This document shows positions 55,452-64,000 of a stretch of DNA of 64,000 nt, piece after piece; positions within the stretch are counted from its first letter, which is position 1, and the number at the start of each line of letters is the position of its first letter. Origin of the DNA: Alphaproteobacteria bacterium (GTDB lineage: Bacteria > Pseudomonadota > Alphaproteobacteria > UBA828). The stretch is from positions 1-64,000 of the forward strand of contig CAXXVO010000020.1 of assembly GCA_963422645.2 (NCBI GenBank). The letters are read 5' to 3'. The translations under genes and the position numbers were made by a program. The notes below the pieces were generated by a model. It saw only the letters and a list, made by a program, of their open reading frames with translations. It was not told the DNA's origin and ran no database searches.

Positions 55452-56986
55452 CGGTGTCGCACTGGCACGAAGACCTCGCCGCCCGTAACGAGGCCTTCTG
55501 CTGCCTGAAGGAGCTTCTCGAGCCATCATCCCTCGCAACCACTGTCGTCGTTGCCGTCCGGGAATGGGGGCAGGGGCTGCTGCGATCAGCCACCGCGCTC
55601 GCCCGGGAAAATGCCGCACTCGAGCAGGAGAACGCGGCCCTGCGCGAGCGCATCGCCGAACTCGAGCGCAGCGCGGCCCTCAACAGCACCACAAGCAGCA
55701 AGCCCCCCGCCAGCGACGGGCTCAAGAAGAAAAGCGGAGCCCAGAGGCGCACCCAAAGCCAGCGCGGAAAGTCCGGCGGGCCCAGTGGCGGCCAGCCCGG
55801 CCACAAGGGAACCACCCTCGCGCGGAGCGACAGCCCGGACCGTGTCGTCGATCACCACCCCTCCACCTGTTCCGGCTGTGGCGTCGAGCTCTCGGACGCC
55901 GACCGGCAAGGCGCGCCCGCCTGTCGGCAGGTCTTCGACGTACCCGAGCCGCAGCCTCTCGAGGTCACCGAACACCGCGCCCATCGCTGCCTCTGCGGCG
56001 CATGCGGCACGCTGACACGAGCCGCCTTCCCGCCGGGCGTCACCGCCCCGGTCCAGTACGGCCCTCGCATCACCGCTTGGGTGAGTTACCTGCTGTACGC
56101 CCAGTTCGTGCCCGAGAAGCGTCTGGCCGAACTCATGAGCGACATCTTCGCGGTGTCCATCTCCACTGCCACGATCGCCGCCATGGGCCGGCGCACAGCG
56201 CAGCGCTTCGAGGGCTTCCTCGACCATGTCGCCGATCTGATCCGCACGCAGGCGCCGGTCAAGCACCTCGACGAGACCGGCCTGCGTATCGCCGCCCGTA
56301 CCCGCTGGCTCCATGTGCTGTGCACCCCGTTGCTCACCGTCCTGCGCATCGGCGAGGGACGCGGCGATGTCGAAAAGAACCTGAAAGGCATCCTCGTCCA
56401 CGACGACTTCGCCCCCTACTTCACCATCAAGGGCGTCCGCCACGGCGCCTGCAACGCACATCACCTGCGCGAACTCCAGGCCCTGATCGACATCGAGAAG
56501 GAGGAGTGGGCGGCGAGCATGCACCGCCTGCTTCAGCGCGCGCGCAGGGCCGCCCGCTTCGCCCGTGAGAAAGACCGTCAAGTCCCCGCCTCCCTGGTGG
56601 CCCGCATCTCAAGGGCATGGGACCGTATCCTCGAAGAAGCCATCGCCTTCCATGAGGCCCAACCGCCGCTCCAGATCGCAAAGCGAGGGCGAAAGAAACG
56701 CCGCATCGGCCACAACCTCGCGCGCCGCCTTCAAAAGCATAAGGAGGGCTGCCTGCGCTTCCTCACCGACCTGCGCACGCCGTTCACGAATAACGAGGCG
56801 GAGCGTGACATCCGTATGAACAAAGTGCATGAGAAGATCTCAGGCGGCTTCCGCTCCCTGCAAGGCGCCTGCAACTTCGCCGGAATGCGCAGCGTCATCG
56901 TCACCGCTCGAAAGCAAGGCTGGAACATCCTGCAAATCCTGGCGCACCCGGAACCGATGCAGCTGATCCCTATACTGCGCTCCTGA
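55448..56986 (+). CDS. IS66 TnpC transposase, type B
   Basis: SSKPPASDG, HLDETG, CNAHHLREL, FTNNEAERDIR; GTG overlaps methylase TGA; right IR ends 57151, no left IR seen. Confidence 0.9.
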   Translation: MTVSHWHEDLAARNEAFCCLKELLEPSSLATTVVVAVREWGQGLLRSATALARENAALEQENAALRERIAELERSAALNSTTSSKPPASDGLKKKSGAQRRTQSQRGKSGGPSGGQPGHKGTTLARSDSPDRVVDHHPSTCSGCGVELSDADRQGAPACRQVFDVPEPQPLEVTEHRAHRCLCGACGTLTRAAFPPGVTAPVQYGPRITAWVSYLLYAQFVPEKRLAELMSDIFAVSISTATIAAMGRRTAQRFEGFLDHVADLIRTQAPVKHLDETGLRIAARTRWLHVLCTPLLTVLRIGEGRGDVEKNLKGILVHDDFAPYFTIKGVRHGACNAHHLRELQALIDIEKEEWAASMHRLLQRARRAARFAREKDRQVPASLVARISRAWDRILEEAIAFHEAQPPLQIAKRGRKKRRIGHNLARRLQKHKEGCLRFLTDLRTPFTNNEAERDIRMNKVHEKISGGFRSLQGACNFAGMRSVIVTARKQGWNILQILAHPEPMQLIPILRS

Positions 56987-57151
56987 ACTTCTCCGGCTCA
57001 TCCTGAGTATCGCTGTCCTCTCATCTTGTTCGCGACGCGGCGTTCATCATCCTCTCGCGCTCAAGAGAGTAGGCACCCCCGCGGCGTGGGGGCGTTGACG
57101 CAAAAGGAACTGGCTTGTTCCATAAGAGAGAGGGGGTACCTGGGCAGTTAC

Positions 57152-57182
57152 GAATTTTCACAGCAAGAACCTGGGCAGTTAC
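57152..57182 (+). repeat. Isolated 31-bp right end of IS66 type A
   Basis: Identical to 58990-59020. Confidence 0.9.
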
Positions 57183-59020
57183 GTTTCTCGTTCGGAGTTG
57201 GTGGAAAGGGCTTGACGGGAATTTCGGGAAATGACTCAACAACGACATGAGCAATCCCGAGTCGCCGCGCGGCCCTTCGACGGGAGCAGCGCCCGAAACG
57301 CCCGCGCAGAAGATCGCCCGCCTGGAGGAGGAGAACGCCCGGCTTCGGGAGGAAAATGCCTGGCTTCGGCAGCAGAACGCGCGGCTGGAAGAGCAAGTCG
57401 CGCGTCTCGTCGAGCGCATCGAGGAGTTGGAGCGCCGTCTCGGCCTCAACAGCGGCAACAGCGGCAAGCCGCCTTCGAGCGATGGGCTGAGGAAGCCGAA
57501 TTCGAAGCGGCGAACCCGAAGCCTGCGCGGCAAATCGGGCCGCAAGCCCGGTGGCCAGCCCGGCCACAAGGGCAAGACGCTGCGCCGCGCCGATCACCCG
57601 GGTCGGGTGAAGGATCACGTCCCGGCTTCCTGCAAGGGATGCGGTTCGCCGCTTTCGGACGCGGCCAGGGCGGGAACGCCCGTCGCCCGCCAGGTGTTCG
57701 ATCTGCCCGAGCCGAGCCCCCTGGAGGTGACCGAGCACCGGGCGCATGCCAAGTGCTGCGGGCATTGCGGGACGGTGACCCGGGCGGCGTTCCCCGACGG
57801 GGTGTCGGCGCCGGTGCAGTACGGCCCGCGCATTGCCGGGGTGGCGGTCTACCTTCAGCACGCTCACTTCCTGCCGGAGGATCGGCTGTCGCAGGTGATG
57901 GCCGAGCTCTTCGGCGCGCCGGTGACGGCTGCGACGTTGGCGACGATGAGCGAGAGGGCGGCCGAGCGGCTGCGGGACGCGGCCTTGCACATACAGGACC
58001 TGGCGGCGGGCACGGCGCGGGTGAAACACATGGACGAGACCGGCTTGCGGATCGGCGGTCAGACGCAGTGGCTTCATGTGATCTGCACGCCGCTGCTGGC
58101 GGCGTACCGGGTCAGCGGCAAGCGCGGCGCCCTGCTCTCGGGTGTCTCCGGCATCGTCGTGCACGATCACTGGAAGCCGTACTTCGCGATGGAAGGGGTG
58201 GAGCACGGCCTGTGCAACGCCCATCACCTGCGGGAGTTGCAGGCGCTGGTGGACATCGAAGGGGAGGCTTGGGCCCGGCGGATGCAGCAGCTCCTGCGCC
58301 GAGCCAATCACGCCGCCCGCATCGCGCTGGACAAGGATATCGCCGTTCCGGCGAGGCTTGTGGCGCTGATCGAGCGCCGATACGACGAGATCATCGCCGA
58401 TGCGCTGGCCTTTCACGAGAGCCAACCACCGTTCTCGCCGGGCAAGAGGAAGAAGCGCCGGAAGCGAAGGATCGGTCACAATCCGGCCTTGAGGCTGCGC
58501 GACCACAAATGCGCGGTGCTCCGGTTCCTGATCGACCTCGAGGTCGGGTTCACGAACAACGAGGCCGAGCGCGACCTTCGGATGATGAAGCTGCGCCAGA
58601 AGATCTCCGGGGGCTTCCGGTCCGCGCAGGGGGCCGAGAACTTCGCCATCCTGCGCAGCGTCATCACCACCGCCAGAAAGCAGGGCTGGAATATCATCGA
58701 AGCCCTGACCAGCCCATCGGATCGGCTCATCGCCACCGTCAAGTGCGCGTAAGCTCACCTGGCACGGGTTCTCCAACAGCGGAGCCATTCTCATAAACGA
58801 TCATGGTCGACGCCGTGCTGGACCACCCCATAGAATGAAAATCGGTGCCCGTCGCGCGGGCGGACTTCGGGCCACATCGGGGTAGCTTACCGGTCGCAGT
58901 CCGCAAGAGGGGCATCGTGAGCTGTGAAACCCGGCGACCCCAGAGGAGCACACGGGCGTCGCGTGGGTAGCGTTGTGCCGAATCCCAGAGAATTTTCACA
59001 GCAAGAACCTGGGCAGTTAC
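57183..59020 (+). mobile_element. IS66 type A, copy 2 (first 50 bp missing)
   Basis: Near-identical to reverse complement of 5212-7040. Confidence 0.92.
57247..58752 (+). CDS. IS66 TnpC transposase, type A
   Basis: As 5480-6976 with 3 extra codons (NSGNSG) and a few substitutions. Confidence 0.93.
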   Translation: MSNPESPRGPSTGAAPETPAQKIARLEEENARLREENAWLRQQNARLEEQVARLVERIEELERRLGLNSGNSGKPPSSDGLRKPNSKRRTRSLRGKSGRKPGGQPGHKGKTLRRADHPGRVKDHVPASCKGCGSPLSDAARAGTPVARQVFDLPEPSPLEVTEHRAHAKCCGHCGTVTRAAFPDGVSAPVQYGPRIAGVAVYLQHAHFLPEDRLSQVMAELFGAPVTAATLATMSERAAERLRDAALHIQDLAAGTARVKHMDETGLRIGGQTQWLHVICTPLLAAYRVSGKRGALLSGVSGIVVHDHWKPYFAMEGVEHGLCNAHHLRELQALVDIEGEAWARRMQQLLRRANHAARIALDKDIAVPARLVALIERRYDEIIADALAFHESQPPFSPGKRKKRRKRRIGHNPALRLRDHKCAVLRFLIDLEVGFTNNEAERDLRMMKLRQKISGGFRSAQGAENFAILRSVITTARKQGWNIIEALTSPSDRLIATVKCA

Positions 59021-59134
59021 GAAACAGTCATGGTCCCCGCGGTTCTGAGCCACCCCGTGGCATGAAACAGGAGCGGTTCGGCTGACGTTTTCCTTGCGCT
59101 TGCACCCATTTGCCGTGTCAGGATGGGTATTGGC

Positions 59135-59311
59135 GGAGGTGGGGACGTGTGAGCGTCGTTATATCGGTGACGTAGTTCCCGATGACAAAACTGCTTCCGG
59201 CGGCCGGCTCCGCACCCCGTATTGTACCCGGCCCGTGGCCGTGGACGCGCGGCAAATTGCACCGCACCCGCTCGTCGGATGCGTGTTCTTCCGACCGCTG
59301 TCCCCGCCTCC
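59135..59311 (+). ncRNA. Putative IS110 bridge RNA, copy 2
   Basis: Closing stem 59135-59146 / 59300-59311; target loop about 59151-59196; donor loop about 59215-59262. Confidence 0.7.
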
Positions 59312-59376
59312 ACCGTGGCGATGCCACGGCGTGATCGTACGCCGCCGTGGCGAGAGCGCAAATGAGGAGGAAGGCG

Positions 59377-60627
59377 ATGAAGACGGAAGGCTTGCACGTC
59401 GTCCGGCCGCGCGCGGCGGGTCTGGACGTGCACAAGATGGAGATCACCGCGACGGTTCGCCTCTGTGAGGGCGAGGGTGAGCCGGTGGTGGAGACGCGCT
59501 GCTTCGGCACGCTGCCGAGCGGTCTGGAGGAGATGGTCGCGTGGCTGACCGGTCACGGCGTCGAGGCTGCGGTGATGGAAGGGACCGGGGTCTACTGGCA
59601 GGCGCCCTTCGCGGCCCTGGAGGCGGCCGGGCTCGAGGCGATCCTGGTGCATGCGCGTCAGGTGAAGCAGTTGAAGGGGCGCAAGACCGACGTGGCGGAC
59701 AGCGTGTGGCTGGCCTGCGTGTGCCAGTTCGGGCTCTGCACGCCTTCCCACGTTCCGCCTGAGCCGTTCCGGGAGCTGCGCGCACTGAGCCGCCAGCGCC
59801 GCGTCCTGGTCAGGCAGCGCTCCGCCGTGCGCAACCGCGTGCAGAAGATCATCGACCGCGCCGGTGCGCGCATCGGCGGCATCCTCTCCGACGTCTTCGG
59901 CGTCAACGGCCGGAAGATCCTCGACGGCCTGGCGCAGGGGACGGCGCGCGAGGTCATCCTCGCCTCGCTCACCAGCCACGTTGCGAACAAGCTGGAGGGG
60001 CTCGGCGAGGCGCTCACCCTGAGCCTGGGCGACAACGACCGCTTCATGCTCAACGACCTGCTGGAGGAGCATGACGCGCTTGAGGCGCGCATCGCGTCCT
60101 ACACCAGGAAGATCGACGGGCAGATGACACCGTGGGAGGAGCAGCTCCGTCTGCTGACCACCATCCCCGGCATCGACCGCACCGCCGCCTCGACCATCCT
60201 CATCGAGATCGGCCCCGACATCGGCGTGTTCGCCTCCAAGGAGCACTTCGCCGCCTGGGCCGGGCTCTGCCCCGGCAACAACGAGAGCGGGGGCAAGCGC
60301 CGCAACGCACGCACCCGCATGGGCTCCAAGACCCTGCGCGCCTGCCTCGTCGAGTGTGCCCACGGCGCGGCCCGAACCAAGGGGTGCCAGTTCGAGGCTC
60401 ATCACCGCGCCCTCGCCGCCCGGCGCGGCTACAAGCGCGCCATCGTCGCCGGCGCTCACAAGATGCTGCGCATCATCTATGTGGTGCTCAAGACCGGCAG
60501 GCCCTACTACGACCGCACGGCCGACTACGACGCTCTGATGGTCAAGCGCAACGCTCCTCGGTGGATCCGCATGCTCCGCCGCTACGGCTACATCGAGCCC
60601 GTAGGCGCGGAACTCAAGGCCGCCTGA
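59377..60627 (+). CDS. IS110 DEDD recombinase
   Basis: Same protein as 1759-3009. Confidence 0.95.
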   Translation: MKTEGLHVVRPRAAGLDVHKMEITATVRLCEGEGEPVVETRCFGTLPSGLEEMVAWLTGHGVEAAVMEGTGVYWQAPFAALEAAGLEAILVHARQVKQLKGRKTDVADSVWLACVCQFGLCTPSHVPPEPFRELRALSRQRRVLVRQRSAVRNRVQKIIDRAGARIGGILSDVFGVNGRKILDGLAQGTAREVILASLTSHVANKLEGLGEALTLSLGDNDRFMLNDLLEEHDALEARIASYTRKIDGQMTPWEEQLRLLTTIPGIDRTAASTILIEIGPDIGVFASKEHFAAWAGLCPGNNESGGKRRNARTRMGSKTLRACLVECAHGAARTKGCQFEAHHRALAARRGYKRAIVAGAHKMLRIIYVVLKTGRPYYDRTADYDALMVKRNAPRWIRMLRRYGYIEPVGAELKAA

Positions 60628-60814
60628 GCGGCCCGCATCTCGTCAGCCGGCTACGCGGGACCGCTTCGGACCACATCGGGGAAGTCCACCGCTCGTCTCC
60701 GCCGCGCCGACCCTGGCGGTCTCAGCCAACGCCGTGACCTCGGGGTTGGAGCGTCACCGCGCGTCCCTCGCCAGAATCTGTTTCACGGCAAATCCTCCCA
60801 TTTGCGCATAGTTT

Positions 60815-63329
60815 CAGACTTCCTGACCTCGTGATGCTGGCTGTTCTGGGCAGCGTGCCGGGAACTCCTTGAATTCTGATACATTTCGGTTGTTTCAGGC
60901 GGTTTTTCGCTGGGTGTCGCGCCCGAGGTCTGATATTATAATTTGATACCAATTGCACGGGGTCTCAACCATGCCCAGTACCCTCCCAATGTGCCCTCCA
61001 GAGGCGGTCTCGATCGGCAACAGCTGCTTCGCCGTCCTGATCTCGGACGACACCTTCACCTACTTTTCCAACCTCATTCCCTTTGACAGCCACGCCGCCG
61101 ATGACCGCACGGCCATGCTCTTGCGGATCGGCCGCCTCGCGGCGATCAGCGCGGTCTCGCCGCAGGAACTGGCTGACGCTTTCGCTGTCTCGCGCGCGAC
61201 GGTGCAGCGCGCACGACGGCGCTACCTGGCCGAGGGCGAAGCGGGGTTCATGAAGCCCCGGCGCGGTCGCGGGCCGTCGGTGTTCACTCCGGAGTTGGCG
61301 GAGAAGGCGACGGCGTTGCTGGCATCGGGCCTGAGCGGCTCTGCGGCGGCCCGGGTTCTCGGCGTGTCAGCGCCATCGGTCAACAAGTGGCGCCGTCAGG
61401 GACTGATCGGCAACACGGAGGCGGATGGGGAGCCCGGACGCTCAGCGCTGGCTGCGCCGCCTGACGCGGGTGCGGCTCCTGAAGGCCGTGTCGATGAAGA
61501 GAGTACCGGTGCCCCGGGGCCGGAGACGGCGCCGGGGCTGGAAGCGCAGCCGCAAACGGATCGCAGCGCGCGCGATCGGCGGGACCGGCAGGCGCCGATG
61601 GGGCGTGCGACTTGCGATGTTCCGGCTCGGGTTCTGGCCAGTTGTGGACAGGCGGGGCCGGTCGAACCGCAGTTCGCCGCCGCCGCCCGCGGTGTCCGCT
61701 TCGGCGGCGTGCTCGCCGCCCTGCCGGCCCTGCTGAAGGAAGGTCTTCTCTCCGAGACCGGTCTCCTGCCATTGCTGCCGAAGGGCTATTACGGCTTGCC
61801 TACGATCCTGCTCTTCCTGGCCTTCATGACCTTGGCGCGGGTGCGCAACCCCGAGAGCCTGCGCTACCAGGCGCCGGGCGAATGGGGCGCCATTCTCGGC
61901 CTCGATCGCTGCCCCGAGGTCAAGACGCTGCGCCGCAAGATCGCTCTCATCGCCGACGACGAGGCCGGCGTGCGGGCGTGGCAGCTCGCCCTTGCCAGGC
62001 GCTGGCAGGCGCCGACGAGCCGGAGCTCTGGGCGACGCTGGCCATCGACGGGCACGTCAAGGTCTACTCCGGCCGCAAGGGGCGCTTGCCCAAGCACTTC
62101 GTCTCGCGCGAGAAGCTGTGCCTGCCGGCGAGCGCCAGCTACTGGATCAACGCTCTGGGCGGCAAGCCGCTGCTCTGTCTGCACAAGCCGCTGGACCCGA
62201 AGATGGTCGCGGCCATCGAAGCCGACGTGGTGCCGGCGCTGCAGGAGCTTGGGATCGTTGGCGCCGGGGCGCCGGACCTGACCGCCGAGCATCCCGGCCA
62301 GCCGGCGCTCACCCTGGTCTTCGACCGCGAGGGCTGGAGCCCGGATCTGTTCCGCCGGCTGGCGAGGCGCGGCGTCGCCTGCCTGACCTGGCACAAGAAC
62401 TTCAGGGGCGAGGACTGGCCGGCCGAGGACTTCGGCGCGATGACCGTTCCCATTCACGGACCGGCGGCGGACGGCAGCGCCACCATGCGGCTGGCTGAGA
62501 AGCCGGTGACGTTGCCGAACGGCTTCAGGGTGCGCCAGATCCGCCGCCTGCTCGACAACGGCCGTCAGGTGCCGCTGATCACCACCGATCCGCACAAGCC
62601 GATGGCTGAGGTTGCGGGCGCCATGTTCTCGCGCTGGTCGCAGGAGAACTTCTTCAAGTACATGCGTGACGAGTTCAATCTCGACGCCCTGCCGACCCAC
62701 GAGCTCGAGCCTCTCGATCCCGCCGCCATGGTCGTCAACCCGCTGCGGCGGGCCTATGACAAGGCAATCCATCGCCTCGACCGCCAGCTTGGCCGCCTGC
62801 GCAACCGCATCGCCGACACGGCCCGGAAGAAGCAGCCGACGGCGGAACTCAGGAGGGAAGTCAGGGACCTCCAGGATGTCCGCGACATCGTCAGGGCCAG
62901 CCGCAGGGAGACGCCCAAGCACTGCCGGGCCGGCGACCTCGACGAAGCCGAGCAGCTCGATGCCTTGCCCGCGCGCGAGCGCCTCCTCCTCGACGTCATC
63001 CGGATGATCGCCTACCGCGCCGAAACCCGCATGATGCTTCCCGTCATGCAGGCGCAGGGCCACAAGCCCCATCCCCGGAAACTGCTTCAAGCGCTGCTCA
63101 CCGCCGATGCCGACATCCTGCCGGATCCTGGCAATGGCCTCCTGCGGGTCCACATTCTTGGCCTCGCAAACGACGCCTGCGACCGTTGGATCGATGCGGT
63201 TCTGAGCGACCTGAACGCCACCGAAACGGTCTTCCCCGGCACCCGTCTGCGCATAGTCTACGACATCGACGGGGCCTCGGAATCCGCGCGGCTCGTGTCA
63301 CCTAAAATCAGCAGAGGTCAGGAAGTCTG
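60815..63329 (+). mobile_element. CAG element, copy 3
   Basis: 16-bp IRs and perfect 5-bp TSD AGTTT. Confidence 0.92.
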
Positions 63330-63330
63330 A
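60971..63330 (+). pseudogene. CAG-element transposase with one frameshift
   Basis: Same extra GC at about 62009. Confidence 0.75.
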
Positions 63331-63409
63331 GTTTGTCATGACTTCGTGGACGCCCAGTCAGCGTCATCGGAACAGTCAGCCGTCTCGTCGTAAACCCTAA
63401 TCCTCTTGG

Positions 63410-63900
63410 CCGGGGTTCCCCATATGGAACCCTCCCAGCCCGTTGAGTGTGACTCGAAGCCGCTCGACGTGCAATTCGCCTTCGGATGACGGCCATCTTC
63501 GCGTCGATCCGGATGATTGAGGACCAATTGGCGGCGTTGGTGGCGCGGAATGGCATCTCTTGCCGGCGGCGATCCGGGCGCACCGATCCTGTCGGCGGCG
63601 AGGCGAAGGAAGGGGGTGCCGTTGCTCATGCTGGAGCAGGCTTGGGTCTGAGCCGGTCGATACGGCGCAGGATATCAGCGAACAGCTCACGAGGAATGAC
63701 AACCTCGGCCATCTGGAACGTGACGTAGCGCCCGTGGCGCACGATCTTCGCTCCGATCTTGATGAGCTTCTCTCGCAGGCTGGTCAGTGACCACTCTTCC
63801 ACGGCATCGGGCAGCGCGAGGGTGCGCATGAAGTTGCCGAGGTTGTAGGCGAGCGCGTGAAGCTGGAGGCGAAGGGCATTGTGGTCGAACCTGCGGCACG
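63410..63900 (-). mobile_element. IS1380-family 3' fragment
   Basis: NALRLQLHALAYNLGNFMR..WSLTSLREKLIKIGAKIVRHGRY; end ..ATATGGGGAACCCCGG. Confidence 0.8.
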
Positions 63901-64000
63901 GCCGGAACGGCGATATCCTTGTCCAGCGCGATGCGGGCGGCGCGATTGGCTCGGCGCAGGAGCTGCTGCATCCGCCGGGCCCAAGCCTCCCCTTCGATGT
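63901..64000 (-). mobile_element. Internal fragment of a further IS66 type A copy (runs off window)
   Basis: Matches about 5880-5979 almost exactly; fused to the IS1380 fragment. Confidence 0.85.

Larger units (their letters stand above)
59023..60790 (+). mobile_element. IS110-family element, copy 2
   Basis: Apparently identical to 1596-3363; AA core at both junctions. Confidence 0.93.

Noticed and set aside
55485-55498. GTAAC as left IR of IS66-B
   Set aside because: Only 5 bp match the IR and it lies inside the open TnpC frame; not fully excluded
63890-63899. CCTGCGGCAC matches the tRNA-Thr 3' end (possible attR)
   Set aside because: It is in-frame IS1380 coding sequence (CRRF), lacks CCA, and a 10-bp GC-rich match is expected by chance

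Overview
High-GC alphaproteobacterial (Rhodospirillales-like, inferred from gene order) chromosome segment. An IS-free housekeeping backbone (hisZ-purA; aroA-cmk-rpsA-sppA-ihfB-lapA-trpFBA-accD-folC; trxA; gpsA; tsaD; hemC-hemD-Mic60-like-hemY; five tRNAs) is interrupted by three accessory zones. (1) 1-9087: a P4-integrase/AlpA/primase-helicase satellite-like element with a tRNA-3'-end-type att site, hit by an IS110 and an IS66. (2) 16.2-25.6 kb: an IS21 between two inverted IS ends, plus two copies of an unclassified CAG...CTG DDE element sharing one outer 5-bp target duplication. (3) 49.9-64 kb: a second satellite at tRNA-Thr, fused through a 92-bp IS21-type mini-element to an ExeA-ATPase/helicase/primase module with a Mu/Tn7-style end, then a methylase-coupled IS66 and a train of nested IS. 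Highlights: an IS110 bridge-type RNA whose guides can be matched by eye to its target and donor sites; a probable replication-equipped TnsC/IstB-type transposon; an IS whose stop codon is completed by its target site; and a non-coding block shared by unrelated IS110 and IS66 elements. All family calls come from motif recognition by eye, with no database searches.
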